From Catajapyx aquilonaris (taxonomy: Eukaryota), in contig KZ538004.1 of the NCBI GenBank assembly GCA_000934665.2, positions 62,001 to 126,000 of the forward strand: a DNA stretch of 64,000 nt. The letters are read 5' to 3'. Below, one piece after another: positions 63,350 to 64,000 of this stretch. The position numbers were made by a program, and so were the translations under genes. The notes beneath the pieces were generated by a model that saw nothing but the letters and a program-made list of their open reading frames with translations, was not told the DNA's origin and did no database searches. Numbering within the stretch: the stretch's first letter is position 1; the number at the start of each line of letters is the position of its first letter.

Positions 63350-63379
<30 letters not shown>
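63318..63379. repeat. (CATA)n microsatellite
   Basis: perfect tetranucleotide run. Confidence 0.97.
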
Positions 63380-63380
<1 letters not shown>

Positions 63381-64000
63381 CCAATATCCATCATGGCTTT
63401 TCCCAGCGGGGTGCCAGCGGATAATGAGGAGCAGGTCCTCCTTACCCTCACATGACCATGCTTTAGTTAAATTGTAAATAGAGCACAATAGTGTGGGTAT
63501 GTAAAAGCTAAACACTTCACTGTTTCTTAGGAAATCATAACACATTATTTCATATTTTTACATGTTTTTCATTCAGTTTCATATGTTTTTTTTTTTTTTT
63601 TGCTCCTCTTCTTATCCAACCTTTTTAGTGTTAGGACATGCCCCGGTCCTGTGGGTGATGGATAATCGGGGTTCTACTGTATTTCCAGTTATATATAATG
63701 AACAATTAACACAAAAATCAGTCACCAATGCTTTACAAATAAAAATACAAATTATCTGACATTCTTACCTCTTCCTGTCATTATTTTATAATGATAAAAA
63801 ATGCAAAACTGAGAATTTGAAATTTGGGTTTTCGCAAATAACAGAATATATTACACCTGAGTTTCACTTTTTCATGTGACACGGCCACACACCATGCATT
63901 TTAAAATTGAGCATATTCACGTCTGCTCATGGAAAACTGATCACAACATTTGAAGGCATTAAATGTGAAAAGATATATCTCCATTTGGCATTTTGAAGAT

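Noticed and set aside
63766..63780. Micro-exon or first exon (GACAGGAAGAG|GTAAG, minus) of the FAM104-like gene
   Set aside because: Good donor, but no convincing phase-consistent join to the terminal exon was found
1..64000. CRISPR arrays, operons, phage or defence systems
   Set aside because: The sequence is intron-containing eukaryotic DNA; its repeats are TIRs, SINEs or microsatellites, with no repeat-spacer periodicity

Overview
Eukaryotic, probably arthropod, genomic DNA (AT-rich, GT-AG introns, very dense in MITEs and SINEs); it is not prokaryotic. Three genes are visible. (1) The 5' half of TBC1D16, a Rab-GAP, on the minus strand: seven phase-consistent coding exons from 8804 to 488, continuing off the left edge. 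(2) Head-to-head with it, a plus-strand C2H2 zinc-finger gene (l(3)neo38-like; main coding exon 16785-18191). (3) The terminal coding exon of a FAM104/VCF-like gene near 62.1-62.3 kb (minus). The main finding is in the zinc-finger gene. Its 4-finger ORF ends in the leaky context UGA-CUAG, and the frame stays open across a phase-matched intron into an exon encoding two more intact, duplicated fingers. This is a candidate programmed stop-codon readthrough that converts a 449-aa 4-finger protein into a 605-aa 6-finger protein. Other findings: a divergent TBC1D15/17-like exon pair inside a TBC1D16 intron, fold-back transposons built from two 3' ends, multi-layer nested insertions, modular SINEs with swapped tails, an old inverted duplication with an empty-site control, and a decayed RTE 5' end with HDV-like ribozyme topology. 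All family assignments come from recalled motifs and terminal/TSD signatures, not from database searches.
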